Shown: positions 1-9,608 of the stretch, piece by piece
Layout: each line of letters begins with the position of its first letter
Numbering within the stretch: the first letter of the stretch is position 1
Assembly: GCA_037382065.1 (NCBI GenBank)
Contig: JARRQF010000107.1
Span: 1 to 39,459, forward strand
DNA: 39,459 bases
Source of the DNA: Candidatus Thiodiazotropha sp.
GTDB lineage: Bacteria; Pseudomonadota; Gammaproteobacteria; Chromatiales; Chromatiaceae
Direction of reading: 5' to 3'
Position numbers and translations under genes: made by a program
The notes under the pieces: model-generated
The model's input: only the letters and a program-made list of their open reading frames with translations
What the model was told of the DNA's origin: nothing
The model's database searches: none

Positions 1-56
1 TTCTTTAAAATCAGAAACCTGTTATTAGAAGGGAGCGGTCAACTGATTTTTTTAGG
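1..56. mobile_element. MITE-A end (cut by window edge), nested inside a MITE-B copy
   Basis: Ends CAACTGATTTTTTTAGG then TTCAA (57-61); the following sequence matches the MITE-B interior near 28734-28758. Confidence 0.85.
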
Positions 57-159
57 TTCAAGCATTGCAACGCAGTATCCTGGCCTGAGCAGGCTTCCCT
101 TCGGGCGAGACGCTAAGCGTCACGCTATAATCGTCAATTTGTATGAAGCACCACACTAG
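57..159. mobile_element. MITE-B right part
   Basis: TIR ...TCGTCAATTTGTATGAAGCACCACA followed by CTAG at 156-159, as in other B copies. Confidence 0.85.
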
Positions 160-549
160 GTGAACTATCAGATGTGCTGTTTCTTTAGAGCTGAGTGAAC
201 GCAGTATGGGCATGCCGAATTTGATCGTTAATGATATCATCGCACCTTGTAGTGATTCTCGATGCATGCGGCTGGTATTGAGCTGACTTGTCGTGCCCTC
301 TAATATAAGAAGGCATGTCATTGGCGTATTTAGTAACCGAATGGTTTGATGAAATAGGCGGCCGTCCTTGATCGATTCTGCAAAATCAAGCAATGTCTTT
401 CGTTCGATTAGTAATTGGCCATTTACTATATAATCGCCAATTGTTAGATGCTTAATATTTGTAGATACACCATCTATAGAACGAAGATGGTCGACTATAC
501 CGCTACGAACTTCACGATCATCGATAATGATATTGACATCCTGTCGCAT
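156..549 (-). pseudogene. ERCC4/XPF-domain nuclease, 3' end interrupted by MITE-B
   Basis: IDDRE, GDY, ERKTxxDFxxSIKDGRLxxQ, LILEG motifs; after ...HLIVH the frame reads MITE-B TIR ([10 protein letters not shown]) and stops at 58-60. Confidence 0.8.
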
Positions 550-566
550 GGCTATCCTATCTTCAA

Positions 567-769
567 CCTAAAAAGATCAGTTGGGCAGCGTGAAGGGTGC
601 GTTTGTGGTGGTACAGGGCAAGGCTCGCTCCTGCCTCCATGTGCCGCCACAAGCGTGCCATTCATGCTGTAACGTGATTCACCCAGTAGGTGATCCTAAC
701 CATCGAAGCTATTTTCTTTAAAATCAGAAACCTGTTATTGGAATGGAGCGGTCAACTGATTTTTTTAGG
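567..769. mobile_element. MITE-A, internally deleted (203 bp)
   Basis: 17-bp TIRs CCTAAAAARATCAGTTG; TTCAA at 562-566 and 770-774. Confidence 0.9.
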
Positions 770-866
770 TTCAATGTTGTTTCTATCTTTCAGCTAAAGC
801 CTGCCTCATTATTCAGAATAAGGCAATATTTGTTTGGGTGATATTTTGGGAGGGTGTCCGCGATTT

Positions 867-1116
867 CTAGCCAGCGACTGAGCGATTTCTCCTAATCAAG
901 AAAAGAGGACCTCCGATAACAATAGTGGTAGTGAGAATATCCAGTATTGAATGGTATTGTTGATAGAGCATGGCGGCAATATATAGGACAAACACCCCAA
1001 TAAGCCATTGAGTCCAGTGCTTTCCAGCCGATATTGCAATACATGCAGCTATTGCAAATGCAGTGTGGGTGCTATAGTCGCACCCAAATGATTGCCATAT
1101 CTTAAGCTTAGCACTA
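867..1116 (-). pseudogene. 5'-truncated PAP2-like membrane protein
   Basis: DYSTHTA and YHSILDI motifs with TM helices; ORF start lies inside the REP repeat at 1118. Confidence 0.5.
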
Positions 1117-1117
1117 T

Positions 1118-1245
1118 TGATGCGGTTCGCACCGCTCACCACATCCTACGCAATCACGAATTTTATCGCGTATTCAAAAAGAGTGACCTATCGGTTTAAA
1201 AACACCATGGAATATCTCACTCAAATATTGGCACACGATCGAAAA
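1118..1245. repeat. REP unit plus about 95-bp flank shared with 18225-18352 and (inverted) 20633-20715
   Basis: TGATGCGGTTCGCACCGCTCACCACATCCTAC followed by near-identical flank. Confidence 0.85.
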
Positions 1246-1472
1246 CAGCTTATCGTCGTCGGTTTTATCACGCAAGTTTCAAATGGACTTGGCCGTCTGG
1301 GAAAGAGGCTGTAAACCCATCTCCAGACGTTTAACGGCCGTGTTCCCGCAAGCGGTGGAGTTTGAATCACGGTTTGAACTCCAAACTTGAGTAATAACGG
1401 CCGTTCTGAGGTTGGGTGCCACCTTCTGACTGATGGGTATATCAGCTTCTTCCTTTGCCCGTTCTACGCTTA

Positions 1473-4247
1473 TCAGCGCTTCAGATAATTCATCAACCAG
1501 GTCATGGCTGGACGCGGCCTACCATCATTGTAAATCAGTCCAGTACCGTTCTGCCAAGTGTTCCCGACAACATATCCCCACAGGGTGATTCCTGCCACAG
1601 AAGGATGGTTGTAGAACAAGGGGAACTGGGACTGCATTACCCTCAGTTGATCTTGATCGTTGGTTTTCTGGATATCGTACTCTGAAATATAGAGGGGGAG
1701 TCCAAGCTGGGCGACCTGATTCAATTTGTGTTCAATATCCGATGTTGACCAGTCCGCAAGGCCATGAGCTTGCAACCCGAGTCCGTCGACAACGCCCGCC
1801 CTGACCACAGGTGTGGCCATCGCGATAAACTCATCGGTATTCCAACTCAATACGTTGTAGTCATTCAAAATCAGAGTGGCCTTCGGACAATATTGCCTGG
1901 CCAATTGGAATGAACGGATAATCCAGTTATCGCCAAAGGCCCGTCTTGCATAGTTGGCTGGAGCATGGCCAGGCGTGGCTTCATTGACTACGTCGATCAT
2001 GTTCACATCGGGGTAGCGGTGGCAAAAGTCACGAATCCATTCTTCAATCTCCGCTGCCTGCTCGGAGGGGCTCAGAGAGTCCATCCATTGTGGGTACTGA
2101 TTACCCCATACGAGGGTGTGTTCCTTGAATGGTATGTTGTGCTGCTTGGCATAGTTATAAGCCGCATCCAAACCGCTCCAGTTATAGCCATCGCGTGTAT
2201 ATTCTACAGAACCCCATTTGCCTTCATTTTCGGGAGTTATCTGATCCCAGTACTGGATAAAATCAGACCTCACCCTTCCTGCCGTCGTGATATTGCCAAC
2301 GAAACGGCCGTGATTTGTACCACCTGGACTAGGTGCTGTGTTGGGAGCTGAATTGGGTGTGGATCCAGCGGGGATGAAAGACCACAATTGATTTGGTCCA
2401 CTCCACCAGGAATACAACTTGACGTCTGCACCAGCTGCCTTACTCATCCCCCATACATCGAGTGCTTTGTTACTGAAGGCGGAAGTTATGGAATAGAGGC
2501 CATCTCCCGCATCGTCAATATGCCAACGCTGATTGCTGGCACCTGTATAAGTCCATTGACGTAGCTCTGCTCCGTCATTTTGATTCCACTCATATACGTC
2601 AAGAGATTTTCCGCTATGTGCAGGGCGTATCGAATAAGTGCCATCTCCCAGCGCTTCGACATCGAACTGTTGATTTAGGCCGCCCGTGTTACGGTATTGT
2701 ATGATATTTGCACCATCGTTCGAGCTTTTGCCGTAAACATCCAGATACATTCCGCTCACTGAAGATACGATGTTATATCTCCCGTTATTCAATGCCTGCC
2801 CGGGCACTTGGTCTCCCGGTACCGGGTCCCCTGGTACCTGGTCCCCTGGTACTTGGTCATTGCCGTTTGCAGCGTCGGTGCGGATAAACTGATACCAATT
2901 TAAATTGTGTGAACCACCAGAGCGTAAATAGACATCGTGTACGCCTTTGACATTGCTGAATGCGGCGGATTGAGTCTGCCAGGTTTGCCAGCCACCTGTA
3001 TTGTCTATCTGGAGCGTTGAAAGCGGAGCCATATTAATGTCATCTAGAATGATTTCCAGGGCTGAGTTTCCATTAGCAGCGATGCGGACTTTGATGCCCT
3101 CAGCCCCTCCAGCGCCAAAATTAACCTGAGAAATTTTAATCCAGTCTCCATATTCCATCATAAGGTTCATGGTTCCTTCACTGGACTTCTCTGTCTCAAT
3201 GCCATTTTCAACATCAAACTTTTCAGCTTCGTTGATAGCAAAGGCGTCTACTTGCTTGATTTGCGGTGCACCAGCTGGTCCGGCAGATACTTGTTTTATG
3301 CTGCCATCACCATTGTAAAAAAGTTTATCTACGTTGGCCGAGCGCTGATAAATCGATGCGCCGCGTTGATTGGCAATAACCCGGTTATGGTAAAAGATGT
3401 AGGGTTGGTTGTCGTATTCGATGATCGATGCGTGGTTATTGTTGGAATTGTTTTCCCATGGATTGGCTAAGATCGTCCCTCGAAAGGTGAACCCGGATGT
3501 AGGGTTATTGCTGGTCATATAGTTGATATTCATCCCCGCTTCCGGATTGGATGAATAGGAGAGATAGTACATGCCATTGTGTTTATGCATGTACAATGCT
3601 TCGAAGAAGTTGGGCACGTCGATAGTTATCGCGCTGCCACTGGTACTGATCATATCGCTGTTTAGACGGATGACTCTGGCATTGCCTGGGCCGCCTCCTC
3701 CAAAATAGAGATAAGCTTGGCCATCGTCATCGATAAAAACACCGGGATCGAATAGCCAAGCTACATTGGCATTCGGCGTTCCTCTATCTACCAGTGGGTG
3801 CCCCAAAGGATCTTTATATGGTCCTTCCGGTTTATCGGCCACTGCAACGCCAATGGATCCAGCACCATCGGGGAAATAGAGATAGTACTTACCATTACGC
3901 TCGATAAAATCAGGAGCATAGGCAAGGTTGGCCCATGAGGTATTGGTCTTTGAATTCCAGATGATGCCGTGATCCTGCCAGTTCACCATATCATCTGATG
4001 AAAATAGATAATAGTCGACCAGTTTTCCATAGTCGTGCTGGTCATCCTGGTCATGGGTCATGATGACATAAACGCGATCATTAAAAACCCGTGCAGCAGG
4101 ATCCGCCGTGTAAACATGGGAGACAATTGGGTTTTCGGCAAAAGTGGATAGTGGCAGACCCATGCCACTCAATAGCATGACAACCGCGACCACTGCAGAT
4201 GCTTGGATACGCACCAAACCAAAAATAAATTTCATACAAATATTCAT
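1473..4247 (-). CDS. Secreted multidomain xylanolytic enzyme GH43-CBM6-CBM13-GH10
   Basis: Signal peptide; GH43 ADPA/FDPG/FFEA; CBM6 TGGWQTW; ricin QxW/F repeats; GH10 TPENEGKW, HTLVW, VVNEA, ISEYD. Confidence 0.9.
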   Translation of the reverse strand: MNICMKFIFGLVRIQASAVVAVVMLLSGMGLPLSTFAENPIVSHVYTADPAARVFNDRVYVIMTHDQDDQHDYGKLVDYYLFSSDDMVNWQDHGIIWNSKTNTSWANLAYAPDFIERNGKYYLYFPDGAGSIGVAVADKPEGPYKDPLGHPLVDRGTPNANVAWLFDPGVFIDDDGQAYLYFGGGGPGNARVIRLNSDMISTSGSAITIDVPNFFEALYMHKHNGMYYLSYSSNPEAGMNINYMTSNNPTSGFTFRGTILANPWENNSNNNHASIIEYDNQPYIFYHNRVIANQRGASIYQRSANVDKLFYNGDGSIKQVSAGPAGAPQIKQVDAFAINEAEKFDVENGIETEKSSEGTMNLMMEYGDWIKISQVNFGAGGAEGIKVRIAANGNSALEIILDDINMAPLSTLQIDNTGGWQTWQTQSAAFSNVKGVHDVYLRSGGSHNLNWYQFIRTDAANGNDQVPGDQVPGDPVPGDQVPGQALNNGRYNIVSSVSGMYLDVYGKSSNDGANIIQYRNTGGLNQQFDVEALGDGTYSIRPAHSGKSLDVYEWNQNDGAELRQWTYTGASNQRWHIDDAGDGLYSITSAFSNKALDVWGMSKAAGADVKLYSWWSGPNQLWSFIPAGSTPNSAPNTAPSPGGTNHGRFVGNITTAGRVRSDFIQYWDQITPENEGKWGSVEYTRDGYNWSGLDAAYNYAKQHNIPFKEHTLVWGNQYPQWMDSLSPSEQAAEIEEWIRDFCHRYPDVNMIDVVNEATPGHAPANYARRAFGDNWIIRSFQLARQYCPKATLILNDYNVLSWNTDEFIAMATPVVRAGVVDGLGLQAHGLADWSTSDIEHKLNQVAQLGLPLYISEYDIQKTNDQDQLRVMQSQFPLFYNHPSVAGITLWGYVVGNTWQNGTGLIYNDGRPRPAMTWLMNYLKR
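2800..2859 (-). repeat. 15-nt tandem repeat encoding (GDQ/PVP)n linker
   Basis: DQVPGDQVPGDPVPGDQVPG in translation. Confidence 0.85.
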
Positions 4248-4346
4248 GGCCTTCCTCTACTAAATAATTCGCACTTGCTCTGCCGATAGATAGATTGACG
4301 TTATCGACGGCTTTGCTTATTTATGCGTCAATTGCCAATGCTTAAA

Positions 4347-4485
4347 CCTAAAAAATCAGTTGACCACTCCATTCTAATAACAGGTTTCTGATTTTGAAGA
4401 AAATAGCTTCGATGGTTATGGTCACCTACTGGGTGAATCACGCTACCATGTGAATGGCACGCTTGTGGCGGTGTTGCAACTCCTT
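4347..4485. mobile_element. MITE-A partial copy
   Basis: TTAAA then CCTAAAAAATCAGTTG and A-family interior; second TIR missing. Confidence 0.85.
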
Positions 4486-4534
4486 AGACGCGTGTCAAAC
4501 ACGTATTCATGCCGCAGACCCACTCGATGCCTGG

Positions 4535-4558
4535 CAGGGTGGGGCACCGCCCCACCCT
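4535..4558. repeat. REP-like hairpin after the esterase gene
   Basis: AGGGTGGGGC-ACC-GCCCCACCCT perfect stem. Confidence 0.55.
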
Positions 4559-4609
4559 ATAGTGCCGTAATTGAGTCGTTCTATTTACGTTAGCGGCATG
4601 CAAGACAGG

Positions 4610-5938
4610 CTAAAACTGCTTGAAGAATTTCCAGATATCGACACCTGCATTGTCAGGCGATACGTGTCCCCCATTGTGAACGCACCAGATCACGGGTGCA
4701 CCTGCGTCACAGCCTTGATACTCCACGCACCAGGGAGTAGGGGCGTACGGGACTGTGTTATTCGAGCAATGGTTAGCCTTGACGTAATAGTCCCTCGCTT
4801 GGACGCCAACCGTGTTGAAGGTGACGAAGTCATCGTACCTTCCGTGGGCAATCCAGGCGGCAGTGGGTTTGCCACTATCATTGAATGGCGTAAAGAGTGC
4901 GCCTGACATTGGCGCAATTGCGCGAATGGTACCTGCCATCTCGCGTCCAACGGCAAGCGACATCATGCCACCGAAACTCCAGCCAGTTGAAAACACTCGG
5001 TTATTGTCAACGCATAATGAGCCTTTGATTTCACCAAGCATAGCGCGGAGAAACTGCATATCACGACCATTTGTATTGGGCCAGCCGTTATCGTCCTGAC
5101 CGTTTACATTATATTTATCTGGTGCGACAAGTATCGCCTCGCTACGCGCTTGGTCTCTCAATCCATAGTATCCGCCACCTGCTACGGCACCAGCATTACC
5201 ACCCAGCCAGTGCCAAGCGAAGATCAGGCGATAGGGTTTGTTTCTATCGTAGTTTTCTGGAAGGTCAATGATATACTCTCTATGCGCTCCATCGACTGTT
5301 ATGCTGCGGCGCCCGGACGAAAGACCTGGATTCTTACCACATCCCATCGATGCATTTTGGTTCGGATTGGGATTCGGGTTCGGCGCTGGGTTCGGGTTCG
5401 GCGCTGGGTTCGGTGCCTGATTCGGATTAGGTGCCTGATTCGGAGATGAACCGATAGGTACAAATGACCATAGCTGATTATCTCCACTCCAAAATGAATA
5501 CATTTTGACATCGGCGCCGACAGCCTTGCTCATTCCCCAGACATCAAGAGCCTTATTGCTAAAAGCAGAGGTTATGGAATATTTGCCATTGCCCACATCA
5601 TCGATATGCCATCGCTGGTTGTCAGTGCCATTGTAGGTCCATTGCTGCAATTCTGCTCCATCATTCGCGTTCCAATCGGATACATCCAGGGATTTTCCGC
5701 TATGTGCAGGTCGAATTGAATAGGTACCGTCACCCAGCGACTTGATATCAAACTGTTGGTTGGTACCACCAGTATTGCTCCACTGAATGACATTTGCGCC
5801 ATCGTTTGTACTTTTTCCTGTAACATCCAGATACATTCCGCTTAGCGCGGAAACGATATTGTATCTGCCGTCTTCCAGTGCATACACACTCGAAATAGAC
5901 GACATGAGTACAGCAAACGATAATAGTTTTTTTAGCAT
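4610..5938 (-). CDS. Secreted CBM13 plus alpha/beta-hydrolase (CE1-like/PHB-depolymerase-like esterase)
   Basis: Likely start ATG 5938 with GGAG; signal peptide; ricin domain; (PN)n linker; GWSFGG nucleophile, HGRYD, GGH. Confidence 0.85.
   Translation of the reverse strand: MLKKLLSFAVLMSSISSVYALEDGRYNIVSALSGMYLDVTGKSTNDGANVIQWSNTGGTNQQFDIKSLGDGTYSIRPAHSGKSLDVSDWNANDGAELQQWTYNGTDNQRWHIDDVGNGKYSITSAFSNKALDVWGMSKAVGADVKMYSFWSGDNQLWSFVPIGSSPNQAPNPNQAPNPAPNPNPAPNPNPNPNQNASMGCGKNPGLSSGRRSITVDGAHREYIIDLPENYDRNKPYRLIFAWHWLGGNAGAVAGGGYYGLRDQARSEAILVAPDKYNVNGQDDNGWPNTNGRDMQFLRAMLGEIKGSLCVDNNRVFSTGWSFGGMMSLAVGREMAGTIRAIAPMSGALFTPFNDSGKPTAAWIAHGRYDDFVTFNTVGVQARDYYVKANHCSNNTVPYAPTPWCVEYQGCDAGAPVIWCVHNGGHVSPDNAGVDIWKFFKQF
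5358..5443 (-). repeat. Pro-Asn linker tandem repeats
   Basis: PNQAPNPNQAPNPAPNPNPAPNPNPNPNQ. Confidence 0.85.
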
Positions 5939-6607
5939 ATTATGCTCCATGAAATTCATCTTAAAAACACACATTTTCTATCCACGAGACATATCCACGG
6001 TCACAGAGGGAGCATTCGATTTTCCACTGCTGATTTTCGCTGTCATAGTATCTCCATTGGAGGATATTGCCGCTCGGTTCGAGCGATGCTCTTTTCACAC
6101 CTACGACACGTCCGCTGTGTACTGCCTGTAATGTCCATTATCCATTGCTGATATCACTTATGATGATGTTCTGATTTTCCCTGGTCTTGTAAGACCAATG
6201 GGTGGTATTGGCTCCAAATGTGCTCGATATCCAATGCCATTCAGCTGTCCTGATTGATGACGCGATAGCCTTTTTTAGTAACTAGAAACGAACTGCTAGA
6301 GACCATCGCTTTTGAGAATATTTTGATAGTTGATATGTTTATTCGATCCTCGTCTTCCTTATATCGAAAAGCAATGCATTATCAATAATCGATATTTTTC
6401 TATGGTGTGAATGTTACGTAGCAAGTTCCTTGCAAACTTGAAGCTGTGTCACAAAATTGATCAAGGTAGTTGATAACTTATGCGCCTAAAACTAAAAAAC
6501 GTGTCATCGTTCAAATTAGAAAAAATATTTTTCCCTCTCACCACTATATAAGGGGATAAATCAAAAAATTTATGGGTAATAGAAAGGTGTGAATAGCAGC
6601 AGACCAT

Positions 6608-6634
6608 AAAAAACCGGGCAAGCCCGGTTTTTTT
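6608..6634. terminator. Intrinsic (bidirectional-type) terminator after PEP-CTERM gene
   Basis: AAAAAACCGGGC-AA-GCCCGGTTTTTTT. Confidence 0.85.
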
Positions 6635-6638
6635 AGGA

Positions 6639-7568
6639 TTAAGCTTGCCAAAAGCGTCTTAATGTCAGAAAACCCAATCCCATTAACAGCAGCAGATAGG
6701 TTTGGGGTTCAGGAACCGATGTTGATGGTGGTGTCGAGTTCCAGCCGGCAATGTGGATCTGACCGTTGCCCACGTAGGAATTCGCTGCCAGCGTACCGTT
6801 CAAGTCATTATCGAAATCGACCACCGCATCCACAGCCAATACCGACCCGAACCATTGGGTGGCACCGAAGTTAATGCTGTTTGCGCCATAGAAGTTCCAC
6901 AGAATATTCTCCGCGTTGGCATGGCTAAACCCACCATTGAGGTTAATGCCGCCAGCACTGGTGAGAGCGTCACCAAAGACATTGATCACCACCTTGTCAG
7001 CCGCACCGAAATCCAAATTCCAGTTACTGTTCTGGGCAAAGAGGTCGTTGCCATTGAGATTAAAGACGGCCAGATCTGTCGCAGCACCTGTGTAATTGAG
7101 ATGTTTGCCTGCGAGGTCGACATCGCCGGTAGTTGAAATCCCTGCGTAGTAGGCGGATTCCGCGTTTAGCTCGGCGTGCAGGTCTGCTGCCTTGTCAGCC
7201 AGGCCCGGTACGGCCCTCAGACAGGCACCGCCACTCAGGCCATTGCCGTTGCAGTTGACACTACCGAGATTATTCGTACCGCCGTAAGCGAGATACCCTG
7301 CCTGTACTGTCACCTGATTGGCATTCAGGTTGCCAGCCACTTCTAATGTATCCACGGTGAGAGACTTGGATAGATCGGCACCGAACTCTGGGTTCTGACC
7401 ATTGAGATCGCCACCGATAAAGGCATTGCCATGAATATGGCCACTGCCTCCCGAAGCGGCGAAATCACCAAACAGGATCAGGTTGTAATCATTAAGTGGC
7501 GTAGCCGAAGCCAGACTGGTACCACCTGCCAGCACCAAGGTTGCCAAAAGCTTGATTGATAAATGCAT
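6639..7568 (-). CDS. Choice-of-anchor-A-type domain protein with PEP-CTERM sorting signal
   Basis: Signal peptide; YNLILFGD, ILWNF, GSVLA motifs; C-terminal VPEP-TM-RR. Confidence 0.85.
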   Translation of the reverse strand: MHLSIKLLATLVLAGGTSLASATPLNDYNLILFGDFAASGGSGHIHGNAFIGGDLNGQNPEFGADLSKSLTVDTLEVAGNLNANQVTVQAGYLAYGGTNNLGSVNCNGNGLSGGACLRAVPGLADKAADLHAELNAESAYYAGISTTGDVDLAGKHLNYTGAATDLAVFNLNGNDLFAQNSNWNLDFGAADKVVINVFGDALTSAGGINLNGGFSHANAENILWNFYGANSINFGATQWFGSVLAVDAVVDFDNDLNGTLAANSYVGNGQIHIAGWNSTPPSTSVPEPQTYLLLLMGLGFLTLRRFWQA

Positions 7569-7779
7569 GTTCAGATTCCTGTATAAGGGGTTCGTGATGA
7601 GTCAATTGCTATGAGCAAGCGGTATCGTTAGCCCTGCAACACCGCCAATAGGGAGAACCCCCCTTTGTCTGGCATTCGCGTGTTTGCGTACTTCCTGCTT
7701 ACAGCATTCGATGCAGGCTACAGCGGCAGATGCGTGAATGGTCTCACGCCAAGTGGCTGTAGCCGTGCGAGGCGTTATT

Positions 7780-7795
7780 TGCAAAACACATGCCA
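7780..7795 (-). promoter_or_regulatory. sigma54 -24/-12 promoter for PEP-CTERM gene
   Basis: TGGCATGTGTTTTGCA (GG-N10-GC). Confidence 0.75.
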
Positions 7796-7859
7796 TAAAT
7801 AAAATTGCTATCTAAAATATAAGGTTACCTTATATTAATAAGGCTTTGATTTTAATGAG

Positions 7860-7876
7860 TGTAAAATAATTCGACA
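7860..7876. promoter_or_regulatory. Candidate enhancer-binding-protein (PrsR-type) site
   Basis: TGT-N11-ACA (TGTAAAATAATTCGACA) about 65-80 bp upstream of the sigma54 site. Confidence 0.55.
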
Positions 7877-7882
7877 CATGGA

Positions 7883-8114
7883 TGCAGGGCAAGGGTCGCT
7901 CCTGCACATCCATGTGCCCGCGACACGGGTGCATCCATGCACGGTGCGCAACGACGCGGAATAGACCGCTATTCCAAGGAGTTGCAACGCCGCCACAAGC
8001 GTGCCATTCGCGCTGTAGCGTGATTCACCCAATAGGTGACCATAACCATCGAAGCTATTTTCTTTAAAATCAGAAACCTGTTATTAGAATGGAGCAGTTA
8101 ACTGATTTTTTAGG
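7883..8114. mobile_element. MITE-A lacking one end
   Basis: A-family interior; ends TTTTTTAGG then TTCAA 8115-8119. Confidence 0.85.
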
Positions 8115-8144
8115 TTCAATGAGTCAGGTGCTCTGATCATCGCG

Positions 8145-9608
8145 TCACAACTCCAATCGTCTTAGGAACTCCGCCATGATCGTTTCGTACAACTCGGGTC
8201 CGAGCACTGCGTCCTCAATGCCCGCATCAATGTTTGGATTGTCGTTCACCTCGATGACCACAACACGCTGGCCAATCTGTTTGAGATCGACACCATAAAG
8301 ACCGTCACCAATCAGGTTCGCAGCCTTAAGCGCGGTCTTCACCACGGCATCGGGAGCCGCTGCCACATCCAGGGTTTCAAAACCTCCCTCTCGTGATTTG
8401 CCCTTGACGGCATGGTTTACGATCTGCCAGTGCTTTGCCGACATATAGTATTTGCAGACATAGATCACTCGCCGATTGAGTATTCCCACTCGCCAGTCGA
8501 ACTCCGTCGGAGTAAACTCCTGTGCTAGTAGCAGCTCGGAACGGCGGAAGAGTTTCTTCGCTGTCTGTCGTAGCTCCGTGCGATCCTCCACCTTGTAGAC
8601 TCCAAGAGAAAATGCCCCATCCGGGATTTTTAAAACGATGGGATAGGGCAGTTCCTGCTCCAGCTCAAGCAGCGAATTGGGCCGAATGACGACACTCTTG
8701 GGAGTCGCTACCCGGTGAGTACGCAGCAGTTCCGCCAGGAAGATTTTATTGGTGCAGCGCAGAATCGATTCAGGATCGTCGATGACCACCATACCCTCCC
8801 GGGCTGCCTTGCGAGCAAAGCGGTAGGTGTGATGATCAATGCGCGTGGTCTCGCGGATAAACAGAGCATCAAATTCAGCTAGCCTGCCGTAGTCCTGTTT
8901 CTGGATGAGTTCTGTTTCTATACTGAATTTGCGCGCTGCCTTGACCAGGGCGTTGATTGCCTTGCGATTCGAAGGCGACATTTTTTCCTTGGGATCGTAG
9001 AGGATTGCAAGATCGTAGCGAGCTGCCGAGGGCCCCTTGGGCCTGCGCCAGCGCTTGCCCAGATACTGTTCCAATGCTTTGCCAAAATCTGTGCGTTCGT
9101 ACTCCGTTAACTCCGATAGGTGGCGGGGGCGAATTGTATCGATGCGCCAATCCCCCTTTTTGATTTGAAACTCGATCAATAGCAAAGGCGCGGGAAAGAT
9201 TTCGAATACATCCCGGGCCACCAGTTGCAGATTCGCTAGCTCCGATTGCCCGAAATAGACATTAATCTTAAACGGCTGGGTATCGACTCCCGACTTGCGG
9301 CGGCTAAGAATACGATGTACCCGTTTATTCAAATTCTCAGTATCGAGGCTATAAATCGCCTTGTGGCTAAGATCCTGTATGGTGCGCACATTGGGGATCA
9401 CCCGGTGCCCACGGGCTTCTGAAAGCAATGAGGTGTAGTACCCCACACCCAGATAGCGCTGGCTCTTGCACAGATTGACTACCCGCAGATTACTGCGTTT
9501 GCTCCAATCCGGGTTTGTGAGGTAGGACTTCGCGGTGACGATCGTTAGAGATGTCGGTGCATCCGGCCAGTCATTTTCCTTGTCGGTTATAAGAAGGTAT
9601 TCACTCAT
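8145..9608 (-). CDS. RimK-family ATP-grasp ligase with RLAN N-terminal domain
   Basis: VVNLCKSQRYLGVGYYTSLLSEARGH; KIPDGAFSLGV; GVDLK; IEVNDNPN. Confidence 0.88.
   Translation of the reverse strand: MSEYLLITDKENDWPDAPTSLTIVTAKSYLTNPDWSKRSNLRVVNLCKSQRYLGVGYYTSLLSEARGHRVIPNVRTIQDLSHKAIYSLDTENLNKRVHRILSRRKSGVDTQPFKINVYFGQSELANLQLVARDVFEIFPAPLLLIEFQIKKGDWRIDTIRPRHLSELTEYERTDFGKALEQYLGKRWRRPKGPSAARYDLAILYDPKEKMSPSNRKAINALVKAARKFSIETELIQKQDYGRLAEFDALFIRETTRIDHHTYRFARKAAREGMVVIDDPESILRCTNKIFLAELLRTHRVATPKSVVIRPNSLLELEQELPYPIVLKIPDGAFSLGVYKVEDRTELRQTAKKLFRRSELLLAQEFTPTEFDWRVGILNRRVIYVCKYYMSAKHWQIVNHAVKGKSREGGFETLDVAAAPDAVVKTALKAANLIGDGLYGVDLKQIGQRVVVIEVNDNPNIDAGIEDAVLGPELYETIMAEFLRRLEL

Noticed and set aside
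1332-1405. AACGGCCG repeats around a GGAGTTTGAA/TTTGAACTCC stem as a tRNA or ncRNA
   Set aside because: No cloverleaf; most simply a 3' stem-loop of the xylanase transcript
7600-7700. c-di-GMP-I riboswitch in the PEP-CTERM leader
   Set aside because: GCAAAC is present but the GNRA loop, receptor and P2 layout do not match
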